In this document: piece after piece, positions 50,739 through 60,022 of the stretch
Position numbering within the stretch: position 1 is the first letter of the stretch
How the letters are laid out: every line of letters starts with the position of its first letter
Source: Candidatus Fermentibacterota bacterium
Lineage (GTDB): Bacteria > Fermentibacterota > Fermentibacteria > Fermentibacterales > JCC-6
NCBI GenBank assembly: GCA_963845085.1
Contig: CAWJQI010000004.1
Span: 64,001 to 128,000 of the forward strand
Reading direction: 5' to 3'
Length of the DNA: 64,000 bases
Notes under the pieces: model-generated
Database searches by the model: none
The model's input: the letters and a program-made list of their open reading frames with translations, nothing else
Told to the model about the DNA's origin: nothing
Position numbers and translations under genes: made by a program

Positions 50739-51100
50739 CGCGGGTCCTCGAAACGCTGGATCTCCACGGTGTAACCCGACGGATCCAGGACGAAACAGTG
50801 GTAGATGTTGTAGTCCGGGTTGAAGGCGGGAGGCTTGACAACATGATGGCCGGCAACCCGCAGGGCTTCGAACCAGGGGTCAACTTCATCTGTGACAAGG
50901 GTTATGATCACTGTGTCATCAGTCGGGCGTTTCTCGCCCTTGCAGAAACCCAGGAACCCGCCGGCTGAAATCCTGTAGATCCTGCAGCAGCCCTGGTCGA
51001 GAACCATCGGCAACCCCAGAAGCCCGTTGTAGAAAGCGTGTGTCGCCCCGGGATCGGGGGTGCGCAGGAATGTGATAAGGGAATCGAACCCCTTCATCAC
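50723..51100 (-). CDS. VOC/glyoxalase family protein
   Basis: FYNGLLGL..; FVLDPSGYTVEIQ. Confidence 0.88.
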   Translation of the reverse strand: MMKGFDSLITFLRTPDPGATHAFYNGLLGLPMVLDQGCCRIYRISAGGFLGFCKGEKRPTDDTVIITLVTDEVDPWFEALRVAGHHVVKPPAFNPDYNIYHCFVLDPSGYTVEIQRFEDPRWKRD

Positions 51101-51516
51101 GGCTCCAGGATGGCCCGAAGCTCCGTGTCGACGAACGCCCTGATCAGGGCGCAGACTTCCCTGTAGGGTTCGATCCTGCGGTTTTCAGGAAGGCCTTCAG
51201 CAAGTGTCGGCGGGTCGGGAAAACCCTTGTGGATGTTCTTTGTGAGGGCCGGGAAGAACGGGCAGGCTTCGCGCGAGGAGTCGCAAACCGTTATGACGAG
51301 GGCGAAGTCACCCGACAACTCCCCGGTGGTCTTGCTGTGCTGCTTTGATATGTCAACGCCGGCCTCCGCCATGGCGGCGACTGCAAGGGGGTCAAGACCG
51401 GTTGCTCTCAGCCCGGCTGAGTGGAACTCATGGCCACCGTTCAGCAAATGCCTTGCCCATCCCTCGGCCATCTGGCTTCTGCAGGAGTTGGCGCCGCACA
51501 GGAATAGCACCCTCAT
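51097..51516 (-). CDS. arsC: Thioredoxin-type arsenate reductase (LMW-PTP fold)
   Basis: LFLCGANSCRSQMAEG, VITVCD...ACPFFP, FPDP. Confidence 0.9.
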   Translation of the reverse strand: MRVLFLCGANSCRSQMAEGWARHLLNGGHEFHSAGLRATGLDPLAVAAMAEAGVDISKQHSKTTGELSGDFALVITVCDSSREACPFFPALTKNIHKGFPDPPTLAEGLPENRRIEPYREVCALIRAFVDTELRAILEP

Positions 51517-51517
51517 G

Positions 51518-53314
51518 TCAGTCCTCCCTTTTTAGAACGGCGAGGAACGCTTTCTGGGGGATCATCACCTTGCCCACCATCTTCATCCTCTTCTTGCCCT
51601 CCTTCTGCTTGTCCAGAAGCTTTCTCTTCCTGGTGATGTCGCCGCCGTAGCACTTGGCGGTCACATCCTTCCGGAGGGCGCTGATGGTTGCCCTTGCGAT
51701 GATGGTGCCGCCGATCGCCCCCTGAATGGGGATCTTGAACTGCTGCTTCGGTATCTCTTCCTTCAGGTTCTCGCAGGCGCTCTTCGCCCAGCTTCCCGCG
51801 CGGTTCCTGTGCACCAGCATGGAAAGGGCATCGACCCTGTCGTGGTTCACGAGGATGTCGACCTTGACCAGGTCGCTCTTCCTGTATTCCCCCGGCTCGT
51901 AGTCGAAAGAGCCGTAGCCCTGCGTTATGGACTTGAGCTTGTCATAGAAATCGTAAACGACCTCAGACAGCGGCAGTTCGGCCTTGATCTCGACCCTCTG
52001 ACGCCCCACATAGAGGTTGGAGTATTTCTCGGCCCTGCGGTCGAGAAGAAGGTTGGTCACCGGTCCTATGTACTTGTCGGGCATTATTATGGATGCCTTG
52101 ATGTAGGGTTCCTCGGTGATCACGATCTGAGAGGGATCGGGGTATAGCAGCGGATTGTCTATGAAGACAGTTGAGCCGTTTGATAGAGTGATCCTGCACA
52201 GAACAGTGGGCGCAGTGAGCACAAGGCTGAGGTCGAACTCCCGTTCGAGCCGCTCCTGCACTACCTCGAGGTGGAGAAGCCCGAGGAAGCCGCACCGAAA
52301 ACCGAACCCGAGACCGGTGGAACTCACCTTCTCGAACGTCAGGCTTGCGTCGTTGAGCTTGAGCCTCTCGATGGCGGCCGCAAGGTCGTCGTAGTCCTCG
52401 CTGCTTACGGGAAAGATCGAGCTGAAGACGACCGGTTTGGCCTCCTCGTAGCCCGGAAGGGATTCCTGCGACGGGTTGCCCGTGCTCGTCACCGTGTCAC
52501 CGCTTCGAACATCGCTGACGCTCTTTATTCCGGCGATAAGGTAGCCGACCTCGCCGGCTTCGAGCTTCTTGCGAGGCTCCCTCCCTATTCGAAGGTACCC
52601 GATCTCCTCAAGCCTGTAGTCGGAGCCGGGGGCCATCAGCCTGATGTCGTCGCGGGCGGTCATGGTTCCCTGAACTATCCTGCAGTAGACGACAACACCG
52701 CGGTACGGGTCGAACACCGAGTCGAACACGCGGGCCATCAACACGCCGGAAGGATCGCCGGCGGGCGGCGGGATGCGGGCGATGATTGTCTCAAGCAGGT
52801 CTTCAACACCCTGCCCGGTCTTTGCGCTGACCATCACTGCTTCGTCGGGATCAAGCCCGAGCTCGTTCTCAAGCTCCTCGAGGGTCTCCTCGATGGAAGC
52901 CGATGGCAGGTCGATCTTGTTTATCACTGGAATTATCGTGAGGTTGTGCTCCATGGCCTTGAAAAGGTTGGCAACCGTCTGGGCCTCCACGCCCTGGGCG
53001 GCGTCGATGACAAGAAGGGCGCCTTCGCAGCACGCCATGGCACGGGAGACCTCGTAGCTGAAGTCAACATGACCGGGAGTGTCGATAAGGTTCAGGATGT
53101 AGTCTTCACCGGCGGCGCTCCTGTAGTCCATGGTTACCGCAGTGCTCTTTATGGTGATGCCGCGCTCCCTCTCGATGTCCATGGAGTCGAGCATCTGGTC
53201 GTGAAATTCCCTGTCGTTCACGGTGTGGGTCATCTGGAGCAGCCTGTCCGCGAGTGTGGACTTGCCGTGATCGATATGGGCTATGATGCAGAAGTTCCGA
53301 ATTCGTTCCCGCAC
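51518..53314 (-). CDS. lepA: Elongation factor 4
   Basis: IRNFCIIAHIDHGKSTLADR, GFRCGFLGLLH, KDVTAKCYGGDITRKRKLL. Confidence 0.98.
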   Translation of the reverse strand: MRERIRNFCIIAHIDHGKSTLADRLLQMTHTVNDREFHDQMLDSMDIERERGITIKSTAVTMDYRSAAGEDYILNLIDTPGHVDFSYEVSRAMACCEGALLVIDAAQGVEAQTVANLFKAMEHNLTIIPVINKIDLPSASIEETLEELENELGLDPDEAVMVSAKTGQGVEDLLETIIARIPPPAGDPSGVLMARVFDSVFDPYRGVVVYCRIVQGTMTARDDIRLMAPGSDYRLEEIGYLRIGREPRKKLEAGEVGYLIAGIKSVSDVRSGDTVTSTGNPSQESLPGYEEAKPVVFSSIFPVSSEDYDDLAAAIERLKLNDASLTFEKVSSTGLGFGFRCGFLGLLHLEVVQERLEREFDLSLVLTAPTVLCRITLSNGSTVFIDNPLLYPDPSQIVITEEPYIKASIIMPDKYIGPVTNLLLDRRAEKYSNLYVGRQRVEIKAELPLSEVVYDFYDKLKSITQGYGSFDYEPGEYRKSDLVKVDILVNHDRVDALSMLVHRNRAGSWAKSACENLKEEIPKQQFKIPIQGAIGGTIIARATISALRKDVTAKCYGGDITRKRKLLDKQKEGKKRMKMVGKVMIPQKAFLAVLKRED

Positions 53315-53390
53315 TGTTCCTCCCGGAGTGTCCGTGTAATATGTTCCCCCCGAACATACTCTTCAAACCGCTTGCGAAAGGGGTGAGCCT

Positions 53391-53870
53391 ATGCCGTTCT
53401 TCGGCAAGAGGAAAGAGGATTCCACCGAGAATGTCCTTCAGCTGATCAACGACTGCGAGATCGGGGAGGGAACGAAGGTCTGGAATTTTGTGAACATGTA
53501 CGGCTGCACCCTGGGCCGGAACTGCATGGTCGGCTGTTTCTGCGAGATCCAGAAAGGCGTTGTGATAGGCGACCGCACAAGGGTTCAGAGCCACAGCTTC
53601 ATTTGCGAGCTGGTGTCCATCGGAAGCGACTGCTTCGTGGGGCACGGCGTGATGTTCATAAACGATGTCTACCCGCCGCAGGCCGACCCTTCCAAGTGGA
53701 AGAAAACCGTGGTCGAGGACGGTGTCAGCATAGGATCCAACGCCACCATCCTGCCGGTCAGGATTGGGAAGGGCGCTGTGATAGGAGCCGGAGCCGTTGT
53801 CACCCGTGATGTTCCAGCCGGGGCAGTCGTGGCCGGAAACCCCGCTCGATTCCTGCGCACCAGGGACTAG
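53391..53870 (+). CDS. Hexapeptide-repeat N-acetyltransferase (WbpD/WxcM-like)
   Basis: IGEGTKVW, FVGHGVMFIND, SIGSNATILP, GAGAVVTRDVP..VVAGNPAR. Confidence 0.88.
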   Translation: MPFFGKRKEDSTENVLQLINDCEIGEGTKVWNFVNMYGCTLGRNCMVGCFCEIQKGVVIGDRTRVQSHSFICELVSIGSDCFVGHGVMFINDVYPPQADPSKWKKTVVEDGVSIGSNATILPVRIGKGAVIGAGAVVTRDVPAGAVVAGNPARFLRTRD

Positions 53871-55825
53871 GGACCAAGAACCGTAACCCTGGCCCTCCCG
53901 ATGTAACCGCCCCTGCGGGCAACGGCCGTGTAGAGGCCGGCAGGCATCCCCGAACAATCCCAGCTGACCTGGCCTGAACTCTGGACCGCGGTGCTGTATA
54001 CAAGCCTGCCCGCGATGTCGAAGATGTTGAGAGCGACCGGTCCGGCGGGGAAGTCCACGTTGAAGTACGCAGTGCCGCCGGTGGTGGGGTTTGCCCCGGC
54101 AAGGGAAACCCTAAGTGGGACCGGTGGCGGCGGTGGCGGCGGCGAAGTGACCATGAGCACCTCGAGTGCCGGGTCCATGAAAGCGGTGAATACAAGCAGC
54201 GACTGGAAAGTCCTGTCGTAGCCGCCGGACGTCAGGGGGACCTGGATGTCGCGGGCGGTGGTGAATGCCTCGCCCAGCGTGGCCGTGTGCTGCTCGAAAA
54301 CAAGCCGGACCATGTCGGTGCACATGTCCTCGCTGGGACCGAGCTCGGGCCAGAAACCCTCCCACCCCCAGCTGGTGTTCATGGCAACTGCAACTGCGCC
54401 GCCGTCTTCATGATGCAGGAGCATCTTGGCAAGGCATGTTCCGGGATCGGTGAAGTCGCCGGGATGGCAGGCGATGCTGGTGTGAATCCCGGCGCGATAG
54501 CCGTTGTCGAACCTGTCCTGGTCCGCCACCTTAACCTGGCTTGCGAAGGTTCCCCAGTAAACCCCCCTGTCGTTCCCGTGGCCGGCGTGGTTGTTCCACC
54601 CCGCTCCCGCGGCTATGGGCTCGAAAAAGGTGTCGGGGTAGTCACCCACCGTGAACTCGTATGATCGGATGACCTCCCAGTCATCTGGGAAGTACCCTGC
54701 CATCTCCTCGCAGCCCTTGGCTCCGGTGTATCCGATGTCCGGAAACAGCATGCCCCCGTTGAGGACCGCAGTGGAAGACCAGTCTCCCGGGGGCGGGTCG
54801 GTCATGTAGGCCACAGTCTTGTCAACGAATGCCTGTGCACCGCTGTAACTTGAAAAAAGAGCCCTGCCGAGGATGACCTCGGGGTACAGGTCAGGATCGT
54901 CCTGAGGCTGGCCCGGCACGCCGTCGCCGTCACCATCCCAATCACCGTCGAGGCATGAATAGTAAAGGTCGACGGGGGCCATTTCCGCAAGGCCTTCACA
55001 CGCCACGAGGAACTCTTCGGCGGGAACGATGGATGCATCACCGGCGAGAAGCACGTACATGGTCCCCTCGTTCTCGTAGTGCCAGCGGATGCACTCGCGC
55101 ACGCCTCCGTAACCCATCGCAACCTGGCTCATCCCCACTGCCTTCGTTGTGAGCCCCATTCCGGAGTGAAGCTCAAGCAGCGGCTGGATCAGGGGAAGGA
55201 ATGTATCGCCGGTTATTATGAGATATTGGGCGGCGCCGGGTGAGCCGACTGCAAGGGGAGGCGCGGCGGCTCCCGTCAAGGCTTCGATCCGTCTGCCGGC
55301 TGTCTCGGCCTGTAACGGGGAAAGTGAACGCCCCATGGATTCCGGTGTGTGGTCAACGGAGACCGTTACCTCGTGCGCCATCTCGAGAGAACCGCTCATC
55401 GGGTTGTACCGCCAGGGACTGACCAGGCAGCTCACCACGGTCACCCCCATCAGACTGCCTATGCTGACGGAAGCCAGTGGATTGCCCGGATAGTCGGACG
55501 ATGATGCGTAGACCTCGGGCGCCTCGCGGACAACACGCGGGCAATCCGAACCGATCGGTCTCAGGCTGGACGCGGGTTCCACGGGCGCAGGCAGGGGAAC
55601 GGGTGAGAAATCGTCCAGTTGGACAGAGACTTCCCCAGCTTCACCGCACATCGCGAAGACCACCGGAACCAGGGGAAGGAGGGGATGCCCTTGAGGGGAA
55701 GCCCTTCTTGTGTTCTCGAGCAAAACGGTGGCGTAGCCCGGTTCCGTCGAAGGAACAACGAACGGCTCGCCGAGGCTGATGGTGCGCAGCATTGCTGCAC
55801 CGCACAGGATGAAGGAAATGCCCAT
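53867..55825 (-). CDS. Gingipain-like C25 cysteine peptidase with propeptide and T9SS-type CTD
   Basis: YLIIT, YVLLAGD, DLYYSCLDGDWDGDGD, PEVILGR, NHAGHG, SIACHPG; IFDIAGRLV..AGLYT. Confidence 0.88.
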   Translation of the reverse strand: MGISFILCGAAMLRTISLGEPFVVPSTEPGYATVLLENTRRASPQGHPLLPLVPVVFAMCGEAGEVSVQLDDFSPVPLPAPVEPASSLRPIGSDCPRVVREAPEVYASSSDYPGNPLASVSIGSLMGVTVVSCLVSPWRYNPMSGSLEMAHEVTVSVDHTPESMGRSLSPLQAETAGRRIEALTGAAAPPLAVGSPGAAQYLIITGDTFLPLIQPLLELHSGMGLTTKAVGMSQVAMGYGGVRECIRWHYENEGTMYVLLAGDASIVPAEEFLVACEGLAEMAPVDLYYSCLDGDWDGDGDGVPGQPQDDPDLYPEVILGRALFSSYSGAQAFVDKTVAYMTDPPPGDWSSTAVLNGGMLFPDIGYTGAKGCEEMAGYFPDDWEVIRSYEFTVGDYPDTFFEPIAAGAGWNNHAGHGNDRGVYWGTFASQVKVADQDRFDNGYRAGIHTSIACHPGDFTDPGTCLAKMLLHHEDGGAVAVAMNTSWGWEGFWPELGPSEDMCTDMVRLVFEQHTATLGEAFTTARDIQVPLTSGGYDRTFQSLLVFTAFMDPALEVLMVTSPPPPPPPVPLRVSLAGANPTTGGTAYFNVDFPAGPVALNIFDIAGRLVYSTAVQSSGQVSWDCSGMPAGLYTAVARRGGYIGRARVTVLGP

Positions 55826-55946
55826 CTGATTGTCCCTTCCGGTTACAGGAATATTCCACATTCCCGCGGCTGTTCCAAGCGAGGTTGACAGGACGCCGCC
55901 CGGGAGTACTTTTCACCTTTCAGGAGTTCAACGAGGGAGGTCGTTC

Positions 55947-58493
55947 TTGAGGTCAATGGTTTTCAGGGTGGTCCCACGCCTGCCGGAAAGGCTCGAGTCG
56001 CTTCGCAGCATCGCCGGGAACGCCTGGTGGACCTGGAACCGCAATGCGGTCAGCCTCTTCCGCTCAGTTGACCAGGAACTCTGGGAGTCCTGCGGCCACA
56101 ACCCCATCCTTCTGCTGGGCAGGGCAAGCCAGTCCAGAATGAACGAGCTCGCGGAGGACACGGTTTTCATCTCACGGCTGGACGAGGTGAAGAACGAGCT
56201 CGAAACCTACATGTCCAAGGCCGGCTGGTTCAACCGGACACATGAAGGCATTCTCACCGGCAACGACGTTGTGGCATACTTCTCCGCCGAATTCGGCCTT
56301 CATGAGAGCCTGCCGATCTACTCGGGCGGTCTCGGCGTGCTCGCCGGCGACACGATCAAATCCGCGGGCGATCTGGGCATTCCCTTCGTCGGGATCACGC
56401 TGCTGTACAGGCTGGGCTATTTCAGCCAGTATCTGAACAGCGACGGCTGGCAGCAGGAACGCTACCCCGTCAACGATTACTCGAACATGCCCGTGGAGCG
56501 TGTGAGAACGGCCGACAACGAACCGGTGGTCATCTCTGTCAGAATGGCTGACCGCAGCGTTAAGGCAGCGGTCTGGCGTCTTCCCGTCGGAAGGGCATCG
56601 CTGCTGCTGCTCGATACCAACCTCCCGGAAAACCCCCCGGAAGATCGCATGATAACCGATCAGCTCTACGGCGGTGACAAGGAAATGAGGATCCGCCAGG
56701 AGATTCTGCTGGGGATCGGCGGCATAAAGGCTCTTAGGGCCGTCGGGCTCAACCCTGCGGTCAGGCATATAAACGAGGGTCATTCCGCGTTCCTGATACT
56801 GGAAATGCTGTCGGAGAGGATTGCGGGCGGTCTTCGGTTCGACGAAGCCTCCGAGGCGGTAAGAGCCGGGAACGTCTTCACAACGCACACCCCTGTACCG
56901 GCCGGCAACGAGGAGTTCGACCCCGGTCTGGTCATCCGCTACCTTCGCCCGTACATGGAAAGCATCGGGATCAGGGACAGTGATTTCCTCGAGCTTGGAA
57001 GGCACCCCGAGGGAACCACCTTCTCAATGACCGTGTTCGCCCTGAAGTTCTCAAGCGGTGCAAACGGTGTCAGCGAGCTCCACGGGAAGGTGTCGCGCAA
57101 CATCTGGATGGGTGTGTGGCCCAACCTCCCGCAGGAAGACATCCCCATCGGCCATGTGACGAACGGAGTTCACGAGGACTCCTGGGTGAGCGGCGAGATG
57201 CGCAGGCTGCTCGACCGCTACGTGGGCGACACGACCCCGCGGAACCCTCTCGGCGAGAAGTTCTGGCGCCACATCGACAGGATTCCCGATTCCGAGCTCT
57301 GGAGAGCCCATGAGCGCCTGAGGGAAAGGCTCGTTGCCTACGCCAGACAACACTGGACGAGGCAGCTCTCCAACATGGGGCTCACCCTCCCCGCATTTGC
57401 CGAAAAGCCGGTTTTGAACCCCGAGGTTCTGACGATCGGTTTCGCACGGCGTTTCGCCACCTACAAGCGGGCAGCCCTGCTGCTCCAGGATGAACCGAGG
57501 CTTCTGAAGCTTCTCACGGATCCTGAAAGACCCATACAGATCATTTTCAGCGGCAAGGCGCACCCGCACGATCAGGGGGGCAAGGACCTCATCCGGAGGA
57601 TATTCCACCTCTGCATGAAACGGGAGTTCTACGGAAGGGTTCTCTACCTCGACGACTACTCCATGAACCTCGCCCGGCTGATGGTGCAGGGCGTGGATGT
57701 ATGGCTGAACACGCCGGGCATGAACATGGAAGCAAGCGGGACAAGCGGCATGAAGGCCTGCATGAACGGCGCGCTTCACTGCAGCATACCCGACGGCTGG
57801 TGGCACGAGGGGTACAGGCGCGACGCCGGCTGGTCGATCGGAAGGGGCGAGCTCTACGACGACCCGGCACAGCAGGATGCCGTCGAGGCCAAAACACTTT
57901 TCGACCTGATCGAGAACAGCGTGATCCCGGCCTTCTACAACGCGGGTGCCGACAGGATACCCAGGGCCTGGACCGCCATGATGAAAAAAACGATGAAGGG
58001 CGTTCTCGCCCGTTTCAACACGAACAGGATGCTTGCGGAATACGTGGAGGGGTATTACCTCCCCGCCCTCTCCCGGACCCGGTCCCTCGAAGCAGACGAC
58101 TCGGCCGACTGCAGGGCTCTGGCAGCCTGGAAGAACAGCGTAAGGTCCGCATGGAAAGACATCCGGATCACCGATGTCACTGCCGATGCAGGGGCGGACA
58201 CCTTCACTGTCGGTGACTGCATCCCCCTCACGGTCACGGTATTCACAGGAGGTCTTTCACCCTCCGACCTGGCTGTCGAGGTGCAGCATGGAAACGCCGG
58301 CGGCGATGGCTACATCACGGAGAGATCGACAACCCCGCTTTCCCCATCCGGTGCGGGGGAAGCCGGAGCAGTCTTCACGGGCAATCTGCCATGCAACGAT
58401 TCGGGAAGGTTCGGCTTTACTGTGAGGGTTCTTCCCTCGCACCCCCGGTACGGACGGATCATCGAGCCTGGCCTCGTGAAGTGGTGGGAGTAG
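55947..58493 (+). CDS. glgP: Alpha-glucan (glycogen) phosphorylase
   Basis: AYFSAEFGLHESLPIYSGGLGVLAGD, HINEGH, TIGFARRFATYKR, EASGTSGMKA; TTG start after GGAGG. Confidence 0.96.
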   Translation: MRSMVFRVVPRLPERLESLRSIAGNAWWTWNRNAVSLFRSVDQELWESCGHNPILLLGRASQSRMNELAEDTVFISRLDEVKNELETYMSKAGWFNRTHEGILTGNDVVAYFSAEFGLHESLPIYSGGLGVLAGDTIKSAGDLGIPFVGITLLYRLGYFSQYLNSDGWQQERYPVNDYSNMPVERVRTADNEPVVISVRMADRSVKAAVWRLPVGRASLLLLDTNLPENPPEDRMITDQLYGGDKEMRIRQEILLGIGGIKALRAVGLNPAVRHINEGHSAFLILEMLSERIAGGLRFDEASEAVRAGNVFTTHTPVPAGNEEFDPGLVIRYLRPYMESIGIRDSDFLELGRHPEGTTFSMTVFALKFSSGANGVSELHGKVSRNIWMGVWPNLPQEDIPIGHVTNGVHEDSWVSGEMRRLLDRYVGDTTPRNPLGEKFWRHIDRIPDSELWRAHERLRERLVAYARQHWTRQLSNMGLTLPAFAEKPVLNPEVLTIGFARRFATYKRAALLLQDEPRLLKLLTDPERPIQIIFSGKAHPHDQGGKDLIRRIFHLCMKREFYGRVLYLDDYSMNLARLMVQGVDVWLNTPGMNMEASGTSGMKACMNGALHCSIPDGWWHEGYRRDAGWSIGRGELYDDPAQQDAVEAKTLFDLIENSVIPAFYNAGADRIPRAWTAMMKKTMKGVLARFNTNRMLAEYVEGYYLPALSRTRSLEADDSADCRALAAWKNSVRSAWKDIRITDVTADAGADTFTVGDCIPLTVTVFTGGLSPSDLAVEVQHGNAGGDGYITERSTTPLSPSGAGEAGAVFTGNLPCNDSGRFGFTVRVLPSHPRYGRIIEPGLVKWWE

Positions 58494-58521
58494 GTGCGCC
58501 GGAACCGGGAGGGATGAGGTC

Positions 58522-60022
58522 TTGATCTCATTCCAGGCAAGGGCCGACGGTCTCGGACGGATTCTTCCGCATATCCTTCTCGCCGTGGCGGTGGTGCTCT
58601 GTTTCCATGGCGTTGTCGGAACCGGCTTCCTTTCCGATGATTTTTACCTTGTGCAAAGGCTGTCCGATGAGGGCTTCTTCTTCTCCTGGGGCGGCGCAGG
58701 CGGAAGCGGGTTCGTATAGGCCGGTAACCGTTCTGAGCCTTGCAGTTGACAGGGCTGTTTGGGGAGGGAACCCGGCGGGCTTTCACCTGACGAACCTGTT
58801 CCTGCACTGGATCACGTGCTGCCTTCTGATGCATGCAGCCAATCGCATATTTCACTGGTTCCATGTCAGCCGTCCCGGCCTCCTCTCCTTCAATGCCGCG
58901 CTGCTTTTCTGCGTGCTTGCCTCCCATTCAGAGCCGGTGGCATGGGTCATCGGCAGAACCGACCTTCTTGCGGGCGTCTTCAGCCTCGCGTCGCTGCATT
59001 TCTTCATGAAACACTCGGAAAGGCCTTCCCCCGCCTTCGGAATCCTGGCGCTCTCATGCTTCGCCCTGGCACTTCTTTCAAAGGAGAGCGCGATCGTCAT
59101 TCCGCTTGTGTGGGGGGCGCTGCTTTGTTTTGGCGGCAGGCGCAACGCCCCGTCACTGCGGCTGCTCATGACCGCAATGCTTCTCATGTTCATGGCCGCG
59201 GGTGCAAGGCTCCTTGCCGACGGCCACCTGATCCACTGGCTCGCCTCCCAGAACAGCGGCTTTTCCGTTCCCTCGAACATCGCGAGGTTCGTTCTCAGGG
59301 TGTTCACCGGCCCGTACCCTGCCGGGATTGCGGAGCTATTCACCTCGAACCCGATCCTCGCATCGGTCCCCATCATTGCGGCGCTGCTCGTTGTACTCCT
59401 GGCCGGCAGGGGACGCCCACTGCTCGTGTTCTGCGGGGTCAGTTTCCTTCTGTGCCTTGCAGCGGTTTCAAAATACCCCGTGGGTCTTACAGATACCCAG
59501 TCTGAAAGGCTTCTTTACCTTCCCGGGGCATTTGCGTGCATGTTCCTCGCCGGAGCGGCGGATTCCCTTCTCCGGGGACGGAAGGCCGTAACAGTGCTTC
59601 TCTTCATTGTCGCCGTCATTCAGGTTCCATTCCTGCTCGCGTCGAACAGGAACTGGGCGGCTGCCGGGAGAGCCACGGCAACGCTTGTCTCAGCTCTGTC
59701 TGCATACGACCCGGACAGCGTGGTGGTGCTGAATCTTCCCGACAACTACAGGGGGGCATACATGCTCAGGAACGGTGTGGACGATGCGGTCCGCATGGTT
59801 TCCGGAAGGCGGGGAGGTTACAGGGTCATCCTGAAGCATTCCCTGCCGTCTGAAACAGTCATCCTCGCCGATTCATCCGGCTTCCGGCTGACGTTCTCCG
59901 GCGGGGCGTGCTCTTTCGATGACCATGGGCTTGATGCGACACTCGAGGGGAACAGCGTTCACCTTGCCCCCGCCGGGGAACAGGTTCTCATCTATCACGA
60001 TGGTTCGCTTGGGCTTTACTGA
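58522..60022 (+). CDS. GT-C fold membrane glycosyltransferase (PMT/TMTC-like); frameshift near 58714
   Basis: GFLSDDF in ORF 58522; YRPV..GFHLTNLFLH, HSEPVAWVIGRTDLL, LSKESA, ERLLYLP in ORF 58607. Confidence 0.78.
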